A stretch of DNA of 64,000 bases from Eledone cirrhosa (taxonomy: Eukaryota). The notes under the pieces were generated by a model. It worked only from the letters and a program-made list of their open reading frames with translations, was not told the DNA's origin and ran no database searches. Positions 47,072 to 61,798 of the stretch are shown in pieces. Made by a program: the position numbers and the translations under genes. Within the stretch, counting starts at the first letter, position 1. Each line of letters begins with the position of its first letter. The DNA lies in assembly GCA_964016885.1 (NCBI GenBank), contig OZ024750.1, positions 1,488,001-1,552,000 on the forward strand. The letters run 5' to 3'.

Positions 47072-47316
47072 CATACATATATATGTGTGTGTGCGTGTGT
47101 GAGCGTGGTGTGTAGGTATTTCTATATATATATTTGTGTATGTTAGTATATTGGTCCATGATTAGATGAAAGCAGCTGACAGTTATTTGTTTTAGTTTTA
47201 TCTGGAAGCTAGTGTACACATAAGCATTCCTTCCATATTTGTGGAGAATATTTTCATGTTTACATTCCATCCCTCATTTATATATGTGTGAGTGTGTGTA
47301 TATATGTCTTTGTATG

Positions 47317-47349
<33 letters not shown>

Positions 47350-49348
47350 ATATATATATTCTGAGATCGTTTCTCTTGTTTCTTTTATATCTATATTTTC
47401 TTTTTAATATAGATTATTTTCAAACCAAATTTAAGGGTTATTCTATCAGAAAAGAGAACCGTGCCAATCTTCCAATGCCATGTCTGTTTTCAAAGAAATA
47501 CACACAAACAAACAGAAATACGTGTGTGTATGTGTGTATGCGTTTCTTTGATCTGTATGTTCATGCCTGTGTGTGTATGAGAGTGTATTTGTATTTATGG
47601 CTGATTGGATATTATTGCTCGCCTAAGATGAATCACTAAAACAGTTCTCCAACTTACTGTTGGTTAGCAAAATTATGTTATCTAAAATATGTTGCAATTT
47701 TCCTCATATTAAAGGAGATGTTTGCCAAGATGATGATTTTCTGTACTTAACAAATTTAAACTTCCGGGATAACGTTTGTTTTCCATATAATATAGTAGAA
47801 ATTAACCTCATTATCGTTATACTTTTATACGTCTGATAAATAATTTTGTTTATATATTAACCGTACCAAAAGGAGAATGGGTTACTGCATTATAATTAGA
47901 AATATTCGTATATCTCTGTGCGAGCATAAATAATTTATTGTTCAGCTTTCAATATCCAAACGCTCGTTAGTAACGCTCATATATCCAAACAGCACGACAA
48001 TAAATATTAAAGTAAAACTAAATTAAAAATTATAGAATATTTAGCAGATACCAGTAAATATTAATGTAACACTAAATCAGAAATCTAAAGTAAACAACAC
48101 ATAAAGGAGAGTTAACCCTTTCAAATAAATAGGCCAAGTTTACACAGAAAACTACCTGATTGAGGCTAAATAAAATACAGGAAACAATAAAAATTAAATT
48201 ATGAGAGAAAATAAACACCAAAATTGACCGAAAAACTTGTAATAGATAAATAAATTAACATCTTATCTCAACTACTGCTTGAATATGAATTCTCGGCGAA
48301 GATCAAAAATCATTATACTCAGAATCTATACATTTATTGAGAATGATCACAGCATTGATAGATTCAGCAAGTATAGGATGTGCAAACACGTAAAATTAAT
48401 CATGCGATTTCCTTATATATCGATTATCACCATTTGAGTTCGTAATACCCTCGGATGGAGACCACTGATTTGAATAGAGTAGACAATGACGATAGCAAAC
48501 AAAGAATGCATCTCTACTTGTGTTCGTCATGCTTTTAGACCACACCTCTTAATGCCCTGTGCATATTGTTGACAGTTTTAAAGGACCTTACATCCTTTAA
48601 ATCCAAAGCAACAAATACTCATTCAAAATAGAATTTTCTATTCACTATTTTTAAACAACATCCTCTTGAACTATTTCATATATGCGCCAATATTTTAAAT
48701 ACTTTCAACTTTTCCCTCTATACGTCGAGAAAGTTTAACGATACAGAGAATACGCACGCGTTTCCGATAAGAAATGCCACTTTTCTTACCATTCTGGGAA
48801 GCAGAGGGACACTATCACATCGAACATTTAAAAGGTGATTGAAATGGTATAAACAATTATCTTATCTATCAAGTTAAAATTCTCATTTCATTTATCATAC
48901 TACAATCTCTGAAGAACTGAATTTTGTGATATCATCTCACATAATTACTATACGTTCATTTTCATGTTTTTGAAAAACTTGACGATTTCAAACATGTAGA
49001 GTTAAATGATGACTAGACACTAATCGTTTCGAATATGCGAAGTGTGTAATAAAACTATACTCCATTAATCATTCGATTTAGACGCTATATCTGTTCAACA
49101 CGATGTTTATTTACAGAACTTATTCGATCTTTATCGAACCAAGTTAGGTGTCAATCAACACACATTTATCTCTTAAATTCTTCATGCTCTAGATTATAAA
49201 GCTACATAGTGATGTCACACTTATCACACGTTTTCATAAATAGCTGATAATATAGAAACCGCTTAAATTCTGCATGTAGACTATTTATATGCAGTGTAAT
49301 GTTAACACCTCCCAGTCAGTATACACGGGCATTTCAAATAGAGCGATG

Positions 49349-49548
49349 ACAATATTTTTTATACTTTGGGAGGGCCATGCTCCCAATAAAACCACACACA
49401 CACCTGTTGTGTTTCACTTCATTTTATCATTATAATTTCACAGTCGGTTAGATTATAGAGAGCACGGCCCTCCCAACGTATAACAGTACATGTTACAACA
49501 CATGTTTTCAGATAAGGACATCCTGCAAAACAAATACAGCGAATATTG
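49349..49548. mobile_element. Two family Y fragments in inverted orientation
   Basis: TTATACTTTGGGAGGGCCATG (minus) and CGGCCCTCCCAACGTATAAC..TTTTCAGATAAG (plus). Confidence 0.7.
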
Positions 49549-49584
49549 TTGGCTCAACATCCCAAAACATTTCTCTCCTATAAT

Positions 49585-49872
49585 AATTGTTTCTACTTTT
49601 GGCACAAGGTCAGCAATTATCTCAGTGTATTACTGGTACTTTATTTCATCGACCTCGTAAGGATGAATGGCAAAGTTAACCTTGAAGGAATTTGAACTCA
49701 GACCGTAAAGGGACGTAACTATGCTGGAAAGCATGGCGTCCGACCCTCTATCAATACTGCCAATCCACCGCCCTTTCTATCCTATATTAATGGTTTCTGA
49801 TTTTAAGCACAAGGCAAACAATTAAATCGACCCCAGTGCATTACTGGTACTTTATATTATCGACCCCGTAAA
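49585..49872 (-). mobile_element. Full SINE S1 (49585-49773) next to the tail of a truncated long-subfamily copy (49791-49872)
   Basis: Imperfect 17-bp TSD TTTCT(C/A)TCCTATA(A/T)TAA. Confidence 0.85.
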
Positions 49873-50252
49873 TGATGGACACAGTACAACTTAGATGAAT
49901 ATACATAAGCTTTGTTTTGTTTATGTACGGAAACAGAATTTAGGCTCCTGTTTATCTATGCTAATATTGCAATTTCACTTTAGGTGAGTTACAGTCGTTA
50001 TAATCATAGTTAGAACATCTGATAGCCATGATGATTTCATTTATTTACTGTTTAACATTAATTTGATTTTAAATATACAAATGATTCTCTTTAAATATTT
50101 TGTTAGAGCGAATAAAATTATGGTTATTTCCAATTACATGAAATTAATCTTATTTATAATTAATTAAATCTAACCATACGTAAATATTTATTGGCATATG
50201 GATTATTTCTACATTTATGTGCTCTATAATTATTATGTAATAACTATAACTA

Positions 50253-50282
<30 letters not shown>

Positions 50283-50288
<6 letters not shown>

Positions 50289-53200
50289 GGGTATGATATT
50301 AAACTACATCCAGTGGCAAGGCACCAGTTCGGGAGTTCAGGAGATGTGGGGAATGTGGAGTTACCCCTTAGTTGTCATGACTCCCAGGTCTGCCCTGGCC
50401 CGGGGTGGTAGTACCTGTTAGGGCTCCATTTATGGGTTAAATAACTACCTTATTCGAGTGACGCCGGTAAGGTATTGTCAGCCATTGAAAAGAAATATGG
50501 AGAGTCGATCTAACAGCACTAGGGTTAGAGCCCCTACTTACACTGTCAAGGAGCAGCCTGGTCGTTATGACTCTGCTGGCTTAGAGCCACAGAGAGGGCC
50601 AGTGGATGATGGATCAGCTGTCTCTGAGACAAATATAAAGAATGCAGTTTTGTCCTGCAGAAGAGCCATCCAAATGGGAACTTTGAATGTGAGGACTATT
50701 CGAACGCTGGAGAAGAGAGAGGAGTTGGGACATCTGTTCGAGGAGAGTGGTATACAGATACTTGCGATCCAAGAACACAGGATTCTACACGATGAGCCCG
50801 TGACGAGTGTGATGATCGGGAGGAAGAGCCAGCTCATCACTACATCGGCAGTGAAGAACACAACAAATGCTGCAGTAGGAGGAGTGGGTTTTGTGTTCAG
50901 TGCAAAAACCAATCTGTTGGTGAGGGAAATAATGCCTATCTCCCCGCGAGTGTTGAGGGTGACCTTCAATGGAAACCCAAGACTGACAGTCATCTCAGCC
51001 TATAGTCCAACCGAGGGGGACAGTGATGTGAATGCGGAGGAGTTCCATGAGGAGGTGTGTAGAGCTGTCAACACCACTCAGGCACACAATATCCTGCTTG
51101 TTTTGGGGGACTTCAATGCACATCTGAGTAAGGAGGGCAGTGAAGATCCTTGCTGGTACTTCCATAACAACACCAACCGAAATGGAAGACTACTGAGAGA
51201 CACCCTGCTGGAGGCGAACTTGATGGCGACCAACCTAAGGTTTAGGAAAAATCTGGGGAAGATGTGGACCTACATCTCAGATATGCACCTGTCCAAGTCC
51301 CAGATTGATTTCATTCTGGTGAGGAAAAAGTGGCGGAATAGTGTTCTGAGCACTGAACCATACAGCTATTTCAGTACACTGGGTAGTGACCACCGGCTTG
51401 TTATGAGTGAGGTCCGCGTGAGCTTAAGAAAGAGCAAGGCTCAGCCCCGGAGAACAATCTATGACTGGGGAGCTTTCAAGGAAGATGATAATCTACAGGA
51501 GAGGTTCACAGTGGAAGTGAGAAACAGGTTTAGTGCTCTGTGTGGAGAGTCAGAGGAGAGAGAGATTGGATGGACTGAGGAGAGTGTGACGAGGAGGTAC
51601 GGGCACTTCACCAATGCAGTGGCGGAAGCAAGTGAAACCCTGGTGCCGAGGAAAAAGAACAAAGGGAAGCACGTCAGCTCTGCAAACCCAAAAGTGTGTG
51701 CAGCCAGAGAACACCTGAAAGCTGTCAGGGACCAATTCTATGCTGATCCTACGGAGGAGAGGATGGAGACTGTGGAGGTGATGAGGGAAGAGCTCTGTAC
51801 CGCTTACACTGAGGTCAGAGAGGAGGCACTGATAGAGAAGATCAGAAGTGTGGAGAGAGCGGTTGACAGATCTGGATGTAAGGAGAGCTGGATGATCATC
51901 AACGAGATCACAGGGAGGAAGAGAAGGTGTTCGAGTCAGATCCAGGGAACGGGGCCCGAGGATAGGAAGAGGAAATGGCTAGACCATTTTAGGACCCTAC
52001 TAGGATAGCCACCCTCCACAGCCCAGAGCACTGGGGAGATCAGGCGGCTGTTTGAGGAACTGGATGTTGAGACAGAGCCCTTCACCAGAGAGGAGCTTCA
52101 GAGAGCCAAGAAGAAGATCAAGGAGGGCAAGGCTCATGGAGAAGATGGAGTGGCATCAGAGGTGATGAAGAGGTGTGATATTGATGATATCATCCTGGGG
52201 TTCTGTAACGGGGCACTGGAGAAAGGAGTTGCCCCGAATCAGTGGAGGATCAGTAACATCGTCCCAGTGCCAAAGAAGGGAGATCTCTCTAACACCAACA
52301 ACTACCGGGGGATCTCACTGATGTCACTTGTGGCAAAGACCCTCAACAGGATGATTCTTAACAGGATCCAGCCTGAGATGGAGAAGAAGCTCAGGGACAA
52401 CCAGAACGGCTTCAGAGAGGATAGATCAACCACCAGTCACATCCTGATGCTGAGGAGGATATTAGAGGGAGCTAGAGCAAAGTGCCTTCCTGCGGTCATG
52501 GTTTTCATTGACTTTAGGAAGGCCTTTGATTCTGTGGACCGTTACTGCCTGATGAAGATCTTACAGGCTTATGGAATCCCCAAGAGGATAGTGGACCTGA
52601 TATCACTGCTCTACACCAACACCAAAGCCCAAGTCATTACACCTGATGGGATGACAGAGTTCTTTGAGATACTGGCTGGAGTGCTCCAGGGAGATACATT
52701 GGCTCCCTACCTTTTTATCATCGTAGTGGACTATTGTATGCGCCTTGCACTGGAGAAACACCAGGACTCTGGCTTTACTGTAGCACCGGCTCAGAGCAGG
52801 AGAGTTAGGGCGAAAAAGGTATCGGATGCTGAATTTGCCGACGACATAGTTTTGGTGACAAATACAGTGAAGGAGGCAGAGGATTTGATGCGGGAGGTTG
52901 AGACTGTGTCGATGAGTGTGGGGCTGAGAATGAATGAGACTAAAACAAAATATCTGGTAGAGAATGTTGAGAAGCCAGAGGGGATCACTAATGTAGGCGG
53001 GAAGCCGCTGGAATTGGTTGAGGACTTCCTGTATTTGGGAGCAAAGATTGGGAATACGGAAGATGATGTGGTTGAGAGGAAGAGCAAGGCCTGGGCGGCG
53101 TGCCACAGCTTGAGATCGGTGTGGAAGTCGGACCTTCGTAGAGACCTGAAAGTCCGCCTCTTCATTGCTGTAGTGGGGTCTGTGCTGCTGTATGGGTCTG

Positions 53201-53606
53201 AGACTTGGACACTGACCAAGAAACTCACTCAGATGGTGGATGGGTGCTCAGCACGAGAATGCTGAGGATGGCTCTGAACATTAATTAGTATACACTGAGG
53301 ATGAAAAACTCAGAGCTGTATAGGAGCATCCCAAAAGTCAGCTCAAAAGTGACACAGAGGAGACTGAGGTTGGCTGGACATGCTCACCGACATCCAGAGT
53401 TGACATTGCACTCAGTTCTCCTTTTGGAGCCCCTACATGGACACACTAGAAGAGGAAGACCAAGGTTAACATATGTTGATGCCCTAAGGACAGACACTGG
53501 TCTGTTGGAGATGCAGGATATGGCAGCGATAATGAGGGACAGAGACAGCTGGAGAGAACTCGTCCATGGATCTCGGGAATTTTACCCGCCTTAGATGTAT
53601 GTATGT
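50283..53606 (+). mobile_element. Near full-length RTE-clade LINE inserted in (TA)n
   Basis: GC-richer 3.3-kb island with a ~175-nt 5' UTR, a single APE-RT reading frame, an (ATGT)n tail and TA repeats on both sides. Confidence 0.93.
50458..53594 (+). pseudogene. APE endonuclease-reverse transcriptase ORF with three lesions
   Basis: APE motifs TLNVRT, QEHR, AYSPT, GDFNAH, IDFIL, SDHRL. RT motifs NYRGISL, QNGFR, FIDFRKAFDSV, GVLQGDTLAPYLF, FADD. In-frame TAG at 52006-52008, frameshift at ~53248, TAG at ~53287. Confidence 0.93.
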
Positions 53607-53924
53607 GTGCATATATATATATGTATGTATATATATATAAATGTTGAAATATTCACAGAAATTCTATCTCCATTGCGTAGCTCTATACAACACTTCCCTG
53701 ATATCTTCAGACGATAACAATCTGGTAATTGTGCATCGAACATTCATATATGTATATATATTTATATATAATAATAATAAGGGTTGACGGACCCAGCATA
53801 TTTATCAATGCCAGTACCGGTTGTATCTCAGCGCACTCAATGGGCAATGTAAGATACATTACCAGAGTATACACATAGTTATTTGCCTCAACACAACACA
53901 CGTAAAACGGGTGCCTATAAGGTT

Positions 53925-54006
53925 CCCGGACTCGAGTTGATGCAGCACTAATGCAGCAGTAAGGTGCACTGCACCATCTGTCTGCTTATGCGGCTTCATC
54001 AGCGGG
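53925..54006 (-). ncRNA. Degenerate long-stem-II hammerhead
   Basis: Minus strand: CCCG-CTGATGA-a-GCCGCAT...GTGCTGC-a-TCAA(for GAAA)-CTCGAG-TC-CGGG. Palindromic stem III ACTCGAGT. Confidence 0.5.
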
Positions 54007-55089
54007 TATCGCCTAATTAATAACCAATCGATCGACATAATCCAAACACCGGCCCGTGCTGGTCATGACTGTTTGTGACAACCGACACGGTAAAGCGATT
54101 AACTGGCAACCGATAGGACTCTATCTCTGAACTAGCCACTGATTTACAAATTTTACGTGGGGACGGGAAGCTAAAAAGAATCAATCTCTCTCTCTATATA
54201 TATATATGCAAGATATTCCAACGATTCCCTACATGAATGCATATGCACACAACTCTATGTTTACATATTACATATATATGTAACCTGTAATTTGAGACAC
54301 TCAGACACAAACACCCGCCTGCTAGAGAGACATGCACACTCTTGAGTGTATGCAGAGATACAAACATATAAGTACATAATAACATACTCACATTGATTAT
54401 TATCTGATGCCAAGCCAAAGCCAGCTGAGCAGTAACCACATAAACTACAGATATCACTACAGAGTTTCCCTCTTTTAGAAGAATGTCGTAAAAATCTTGG
54501 TGTCTTTCATTCCCGCCTATAGTGTTTAAGTCTTCAACCTATGACAAATACTTTTATAGTAACTATATCATCATGATAATGTTGACGGAATATGCCTACA
54601 TAAGTAGGTAGGTTGAAACGTTCTCAGGGTGCCATGAAGGATTGATGCTAGAGCTGTGAGATCTTGCATGCTTTAATTTCAACTCTTCTTATTAATAACA
54701 GCATTGTTTTTTTTTTCAGCGGTTATAATGATAAATAAACCCTATTTGGTCATTTCATTCCATGCTAGTGTCTTTGACAGCCTATGAACTTTTCAACCTC
54801 CTATACACATACATGGTGCCAGTTATACACTAGGGGTGGTGCAATTGATTTTGATTTCACCACAAATTTGCTTCTATTTAAATTAGAAATAATTATTTCA
54901 TCTACCCTGGAATCCCGAGAAGAAAATCCGAATAAGTCGGGCTTTGAATATACAGTATAGAAATCAATAATTGACGCCAGGTATTTTGCCTCGTAAACTA
55001 CCGATATTGCTATCTTTTCAGATTAGTCATTATGCGGCATGCGTTAGCTCTCTCTCTCTCTCTTTCATACACACACACACGCGCGCGTG

Positions 55090-55127
<38 letters not shown>

Positions 55128-55837
55128 CACACATACGCACGCACACATATATTTGTGTGAGTGCGCGCACTCACGAACAATTATATATGTGTGTGCGCGT
55201 ATATGAGTATACGTATGTGTGTATGTGTGCGTGGTTGTGTGTCTGCATGTGCATAACAATTAATTGAATTTAATGCTTGTAGTTGCAGTAAAAGCGATGA
55301 ATTCTAGATAAGATGTTATAAGAACATATAAATAGAAAATGAAAATATGTATTGTATTTTCTGATAAACACTCAGTTGAATGTGTCAATGACCATAAGAA
55401 TGAAATAATAGTTTTAAAGAAATTTGAAGACTGGCAACAATTTAATATATTAGATTATGAAAGAACAGTGGAGCCAGTCGTCGTATATTGCTTGGCTAGG
55501 TATTGTATTTGCTATACATTGGGGAATAATAAGCTAATGGTAGGGAGTGTATCATAAACATCGATGATAGGTTCTTTATCAGTTTCAAATAGAAACACTT
55601 CGATCACTCTTAATTCTACTTAAGCTCATCGGTAAAGTAAATACAGACAACTATACCAGTTTAATGGAGATGATAATTACTTTTAAATGTAATGTAATAC
55701 TTTGTTATATAACCTTATTTCGCCATCAGTAATCAGTTATTTTGTTGTTTTGTTGTTTTGTTATTTTACTGGTTTTATTATCACTGATAGGGCCCAGATT
55801 CGACGCGTTTTCCAAATATTCCGGCATCCTTTCTCGT

Positions 55838-55957
55838 GAAGGCGTATGGCTGAGTGTTTAGAGAATTGGATTCACAATCTTGAGGGTCTGAGTTCGATTC
55901 CTGGACTGGGCGATGCGTTATGTCCTTGAGCAAGACACTTTACTTCACGTTGTTCCT
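55838..55957 (+). mobile_element. CORE-like SINE S2, 5' half
   Basis: TGGCTGAGTG..GAGTTCGATTCC..TGTCCTTGAGCAAGACACTT. Confidence 0.78.
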
Positions 55958-57646
55958 TCTACCTGGAGTTGCGACCGATAGATAGAACTAGCAACTGGAA
56001 AGACCGACGAAAACATTGTTTCCTCGGTCCGATTTGACGAAAGTCGATCGATCCTTTGGTGTGTGTGTGTAAAGAAAAATATGAGTTGTTAATGCATTAT
56101 TTCTAATCTAATTGGTCTCTTTAAAGTGTCAACTATTCTCAGAATGCAACGATGGAAACAGTATTTGATACTATGTTGATCAACAGGATTTTCAAGAGGC
56201 TAATGTTAAACGAAATTAATCCATCCGTTGACTCATACATTAGTAATTCGCTCGCATACAATTCTAACAAGTGCAGATTCATTTTCTAGCAGAGCAACAG
56301 GCTGAAGTTGATGTAGTGGTTAACAGCATACTTCATATTGATTTGCCCTTAGCTTCCATTAATGAATAAGCTAAATCTTAGCGGTTCTCCTGCTGCTCAG
56401 ATATGTTTAGGATTTGGTACAAACTCACTAAATTTATCAGCTTGTGTTGACATGTATTACATATATTATTTAATTTTGAGGCAAATTGCTTACTGTTTTC
56501 CATCTCTAATTTCCCACTTTTATGTACTTAATTGAGGAGAGTAAGTGCTGCGGCCATGATATGTTTGTAGAGAATTTAAGACTGGTGTAAAGAAAAACGA
56601 GAAAAATCTACCAATCGTACTACTTGAACTGACAAACTATCAGAAGGCTTAAATTCGGTTATTACAGTCGCCCACATTTTATTAATATTTATTTATTTCA
56701 GGATTTAGTTTGGCTTTCATCACACTTTCTTTTGTATTTTAACATCCATCTTGTCTAGTTGCATATTTTCTAAAATAATTCTTCCCTCATCCTTAATCTT
56801 CCAAATCCAGCTGTCAGTTAGACATAGCTTCAATGTAGACATTAATACCAGCATAACGTCTATAATCCGAAGCTGTTACAATATGAGGTAACAGATTTCC
56901 ATAAATATTTATTACATATATTAAAACTAACTACCCAGAAGCAACTAACTGTTAAAGGCTTTGTCAATTATATCTTTATAGAAACAAATTTAGGATTAGG
57001 GACAGTGCACAGATTTTGCTGTGTCCCGAATGATGCGGTGATGCTCGGCTTGAGAAATGTGTAGGTATACGTAAAATGCATGGAAAGAAAAGGGAGATTT
57101 TCAGAGAGTTGCTGTTGTGTTAATATATGCTAATCATTGACACCTCTGATTATGAAACGTCAAGCAACTGCTTGATTAAATATGCTGAGATAATTTGCAA
57201 ATATGACAGCAAAAATAAACTTACTTCTATGATGCCTGTGTCCAGAAAATATATACAGATGCTATATATGCAAAACTATAGGCGTATATACGCGTCTATT
57301 TGAAAATAACATTAATTGATTCTGAAAAATAACTTGAAATTTGTGAAGTACTCGGGGATTTGGGAAATAAATATGAAGGCGAACATATTTGATTGAAGAA
57401 CCTAATTCACAATGGATAAACATGTCAATATTTCTCTGAATACTTGAGAAATTTCAGTAAAATGTTCAATTAGTTTTCAACTCGAAAGCTAACTCATATA
57501 TTTGCATCAAATGTATATCGAAAAGGACAAAAAGGACAAGGTATTTAATGAGTTCACGAAGAAACTAATAGTTGAAAAAACAAACGCGTTTATATGATGT
57601 ATGTGTATGTTTGCATGTAGATAGCATGTAAATATATATATATATA

Positions 57647-57971
<325 letters not shown>

Positions 57972-58219
57972 TACAAACACAGACATATATATTATATATA
58001 TTTACAGATAATGATTATTGAATTACGGTGTCATTTAAGGTACACATGTATCATTGGAAGCCGCTCTCTGACATTTCTGAAGTAGGCTCTATTCAATCGC
58101 TTATGTCGACAATGTTTTGTAGCGGTTATGTTTTTTTCCTAGGATGTGAAAGTGATTTTATAGATATATATATAATATAGAAAACGAAGAATCAGTAATG
58201 CATCGGAACCCAGTTTATT

Positions 58220-58312
58220 ACGTATTACAATTGTTTCTCCGCCGAACAGCTCGAGGTGGGATCTTTTTGTGGATCGAACCTGACTCTGGATTCGCAAGTT
58301 CCTCAGATACGT
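58220..58312 (-). ncRNA. Hammerhead ribozyme with 62-nt stem II domain
   Basis: Minus strand: ACGTAT-CTGAGGA-[62 nt]-GAAA-CAATTG-TA-ATACGT-AATAAA. Perfect 6-bp stem I, palindromic stem III. Confidence 0.65.
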
Positions 58313-58407
58313 CTAGTGATTTCTAAGCAAAACTTTTTTGCTCAACTGGCATACCGCCTATGGACGCATCCAAGCAGCAACCTTACTACAAATATATATA
58401 TATATAT

Positions 58408-58582
58408 ATAACGAAGGAAATGTGGTAAGGAACCGGGTGGACCATAACGCACCAAAATACTCAATACTTAGGGTAGTAGAGTGGGTAATAGGAACGAGTA
58501 GGACCCCGACGGCTGAGCTCAAGCCGTTTCGACGACTAATTCTGGAGTCCAGAATTAGCCGTCGGGGTCCTACTCGTTCCTA
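58408..58582 (-). mobile_element. Family X element with internally deleted fold-back arm
   Basis: Turns at TCTGGA-g-TCCAGA. The arm is deleted between AGCCGTC direct repeats. TA flanks. Confidence 0.88.
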
Positions 58583-58592
58583 TATATATATA

Positions 58593-58668
58593 TAATTGTT
58601 TCTACTTTAGGCACAAGGCCAGCAATTTCCCAGTGCATTGCTGGTACTTTATCGACCCCGTAAGGATG

Positions 58669-58670
<2 letters not shown>
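58593..58670 (-). mobile_element. SINE S1 3' fragment
   Basis: TTGTTTCTACTTTAGGCACAAGGCCAGC..GACCCCGTAAGGATGAA. Confidence 0.85.
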
Positions 58671-58705
<35 letters not shown>

Positions 58706-59221
58706 GAATAGTAATCAATTCTATGAATGCACGTTATTAATGAGACATGTCGGGGTAGCGAAGCTTTGGTAAAATGAAAGACAATTAAAACAACAGAATT
58801 CCATTGAAATTATAGAAGTAGAATTTTAATCTGAAATAAATTAGATGGGGAATCTTGTTTACCTATCAATAGTAAAATATAAATTAATAATAATAATAAA
58901 AATAATAATAATAATGATAATAAGTACGGAAAATTTGTGTAGGTGGCTCAAAGAGAGATTATCGTGTGATTTTATATGAGATTAAGTGATTATAACTATC
59001 TTTCCTATCAATCGGCAGCTAATGATAACCTGCAAATATATTTTTCATTGGTTTTACAAACGTGTTTACCTGTCATGGGAAGTAATTAACTTGATTATAT
59101 ATATATATATATGTATGTATATATATATATATATAAAAGGTAAACAGACATAACAAGACAATCGGTACAGTATATATGGAAGGAATATATTTGGTTAACA
59201 CTTGAAATAGCAGGAAAAGGG

Positions 59222-59257
59222 TCTTAACGTTTCGGATGCTAGTCCTTCATTAGAAGA
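59222..59257 (-). ncRNA. Degenerate minimal hammerhead (G5A)
   Basis: Minus strand: TCTT-CTAATGA-a-GGA-ctagca-TCC-GAAA-CG-TT-AAGA. Confidence 0.5.
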
Positions 59258-59409
59258 AAGAATGAGAAATATGATAGACTGAATGGACGGGCGGCGTGGA
59301 ATTGGAAAAAATGTCTTTAGATAAAAATAACAGGTACATCCATGTTGACATCGCTTGGAAAAGAAATCGAAAATGCAACTGGAGTCTTTTTAAGAATATT
59401 TATTCATTT

Positions 59410-59447
59410 CCTTTACCGGTTTCACAGTTTTTATGCTTTTCAAAAGT
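59410..59447 (-). ncRNA. Second family Z U3:A8 hammerhead
   Basis: Minus strand: aCTT-TTGAAAA-GCAt-aaaaa-cTGT-GAAA-CCGG-TA-AAGg. Flanks are homologous to 35465-35590. Confidence 0.65.
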
Positions 59448-59997
59448 GAAATTGAGATGGAGGGTTTGTGGTTTGTCTCTATGCGAGACAAACAGACAGA
59501 GATTTGAAGCAAGATAGATACATAAACAAATAGGTGAATAGATATATAGATAGAAGGTGAGACAAAGGGGGAGAGACGTATAAGCTGTGAATGAGACGAA
59601 ATCTCAGCTGTGCTTATAAATTACTGTGAGCAGAGTTGAGTAATTTAAATTAAATTGTTTAAAGAATATTGAAGCTATAACTTCACAGGTAAATATCACC
59701 TGTAGGTGTTAATATATTGCCGGAAAAAGAATTAGAAATCCTATTAAGATTTATTAATTTCAGATTTCTCACGATATATATAAAGAAAATTGTGGTAATT
59801 ATAGAAAACTGTACTTAACCATATCATACAGTAATGTATGGCTTTCGGCCAAATATTATTCCGAAAGGTGTTATTAACCCCATAGATAATGTTCTAAAAT
59901 TTGTTCTTTAATTAAATGCTAAGAAATTAAAGTTAAATCATAATATATGCATATATATAATGTATATTATATATACATCTCTCTCTCTCACTCTCTC

Positions 59998-60046
<49 letters not shown>

Positions 60047-60669
60047 TTGTGTGTGTATATTAAATAAGGATATGATCTTTTAGTCGTTAGGTCTGGGAGG
60101 AAAAGGAAATTTCTTATTTCTAGTACCTAATTCGAGATCTATATGAAATGAAACTGATGGTTGCTGCCTTCATGTTTCCTGCAAGATGTTTTATAAATTG
60201 CATTAATTAAAGAGATATTTTGTTGTTTATTCTAAGAAGGTAATGGAATCGTATTACATATATTTTGTTAATATTTAGACATAAAGTTATGATAGAAGTT
60301 GCAAAGGATTTCAATGATTATTCCTCAATTCGTTTTTTTAGATTAAGAAATATATTTACATCAATATCTTCATTTATTTAGCACATTGTTTTGAAATATT
60401 TTATTGTGTTTTTGTACATCAAAAACATAAGTGGATTTACTGACTGACATCTACAATAAATCAATGGTCCTATTTCTCTCGTCTTATTTTCCCAATATAC
60501 TCAACTAAATATATTGCTCAATGTATTTTTTTAGATATGCGTCTATGACAAATGATTTGATCTGAGATAATGTTTTGAAACTAATACAATTACACCAATA
60601 TATACTCATGATATTCATTGAAAATATATACATACTCTTAAATTTACATTTCTCTATTGTTTTACATCA

Positions 60670-60837
60670 GTAGAGGGTCGGACAACATGCTTTGCTGCAT
60701 AGAGTTATGGCCCTTTATGGTCTGAGTTCAAATCCCACCGAGGTTAACTTTGCCTTTCATCCTTACGGGGTCGATAAAATAAAGTACCAGTAATGCACTT
60801 GGTAATTGCTGGCCTTGTGCCAAAAGTAGAAACAATT
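60670..60837 (+). mobile_element. SINE S1, slightly 5'-truncated
   Basis: Homology to 1034-1223. Confidence 0.9.
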
Positions 60838-61121
60838 TTATTTTGTTGTGTATCAAAGACTTTTGTAGTACATCAACGAGCTATTCACCAAAATAATTTG
60901 ACTGCATCTATAACATTTTTGACATCAACCTCCCCCAAATTGCCATTGGTTCTATGAAAGTATAACCATATGTTTCTATTTAAAACCTTAAATTTTAGTA
61001 AAATTTTAGTAAAATCTCTGGAAAGATTTATATGGGCAAAACCAACCGGCAGGAGACACAGGTGTAGACGGAATATTCTATAGGTCTCTAAGGGAAAAAA
61101 TAGTTTACGAATGTCATCATG

Positions 61122-61156
<35 letters not shown>

Positions 61157-61798
61157 ATGATCGATAAAGACATGTAAACAATTTTCAATGCAAGAAATGT
61201 ACAAATTATAATTAAAAAGTAAAAACGATTAGGAAGTCCTGATGACAAGTAAATAATATCAGGAGAAAACAAGCTGTTTCCTTTGTAATATAAATGTGAA
61301 AATGAAATATTCGTTTACACTTGAAAGGCTTGTATTTGTATATATAATGTAATATAGAAACTATTGACGAAATGAATTTCAGTTTATTTCAATAGAGAAT
61401 TCGTTGGAATGTATTATTTTATATATATATATACAAATATTTGTTTCCTGAATATAATGATTGTATGCGCGCCATTAGAATTTATTGATAAAAATCGATT
61501 GAAACTAACGTAAATTTGTAGATGTTTGTTTTCACCATTCAATAGCTACTTCATTTTACGAAGTTAAGAACACTAAACGTGTGCAAACTCAACGAGTTCT
61601 TGAGAAGAATGAATATAAAATAGAAATATTAAATATAGGGCAAGTTGGAATTGCACTGAATTGTAGAGAATACTAAGGAACTAGAGATGTCTAATAAATA
61701 CAATATCAAAATTACAATTCATCTGAATATTTTACATAACGGTTTATTTAGCTATAATATGGCTTATATAGCCCTACGTTTATGCGACACAAATAGAT

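Noticed and set aside
50565-53228. Antisense ORFs within the RTE element
   Set aside because: Shadow frames of the GC-richer coding strand, with no recognisable motifs.
61232-61285. CTGATGA...GAAA possible hammerhead
   Set aside because: No consistent stem I or stem II pairing around the core.
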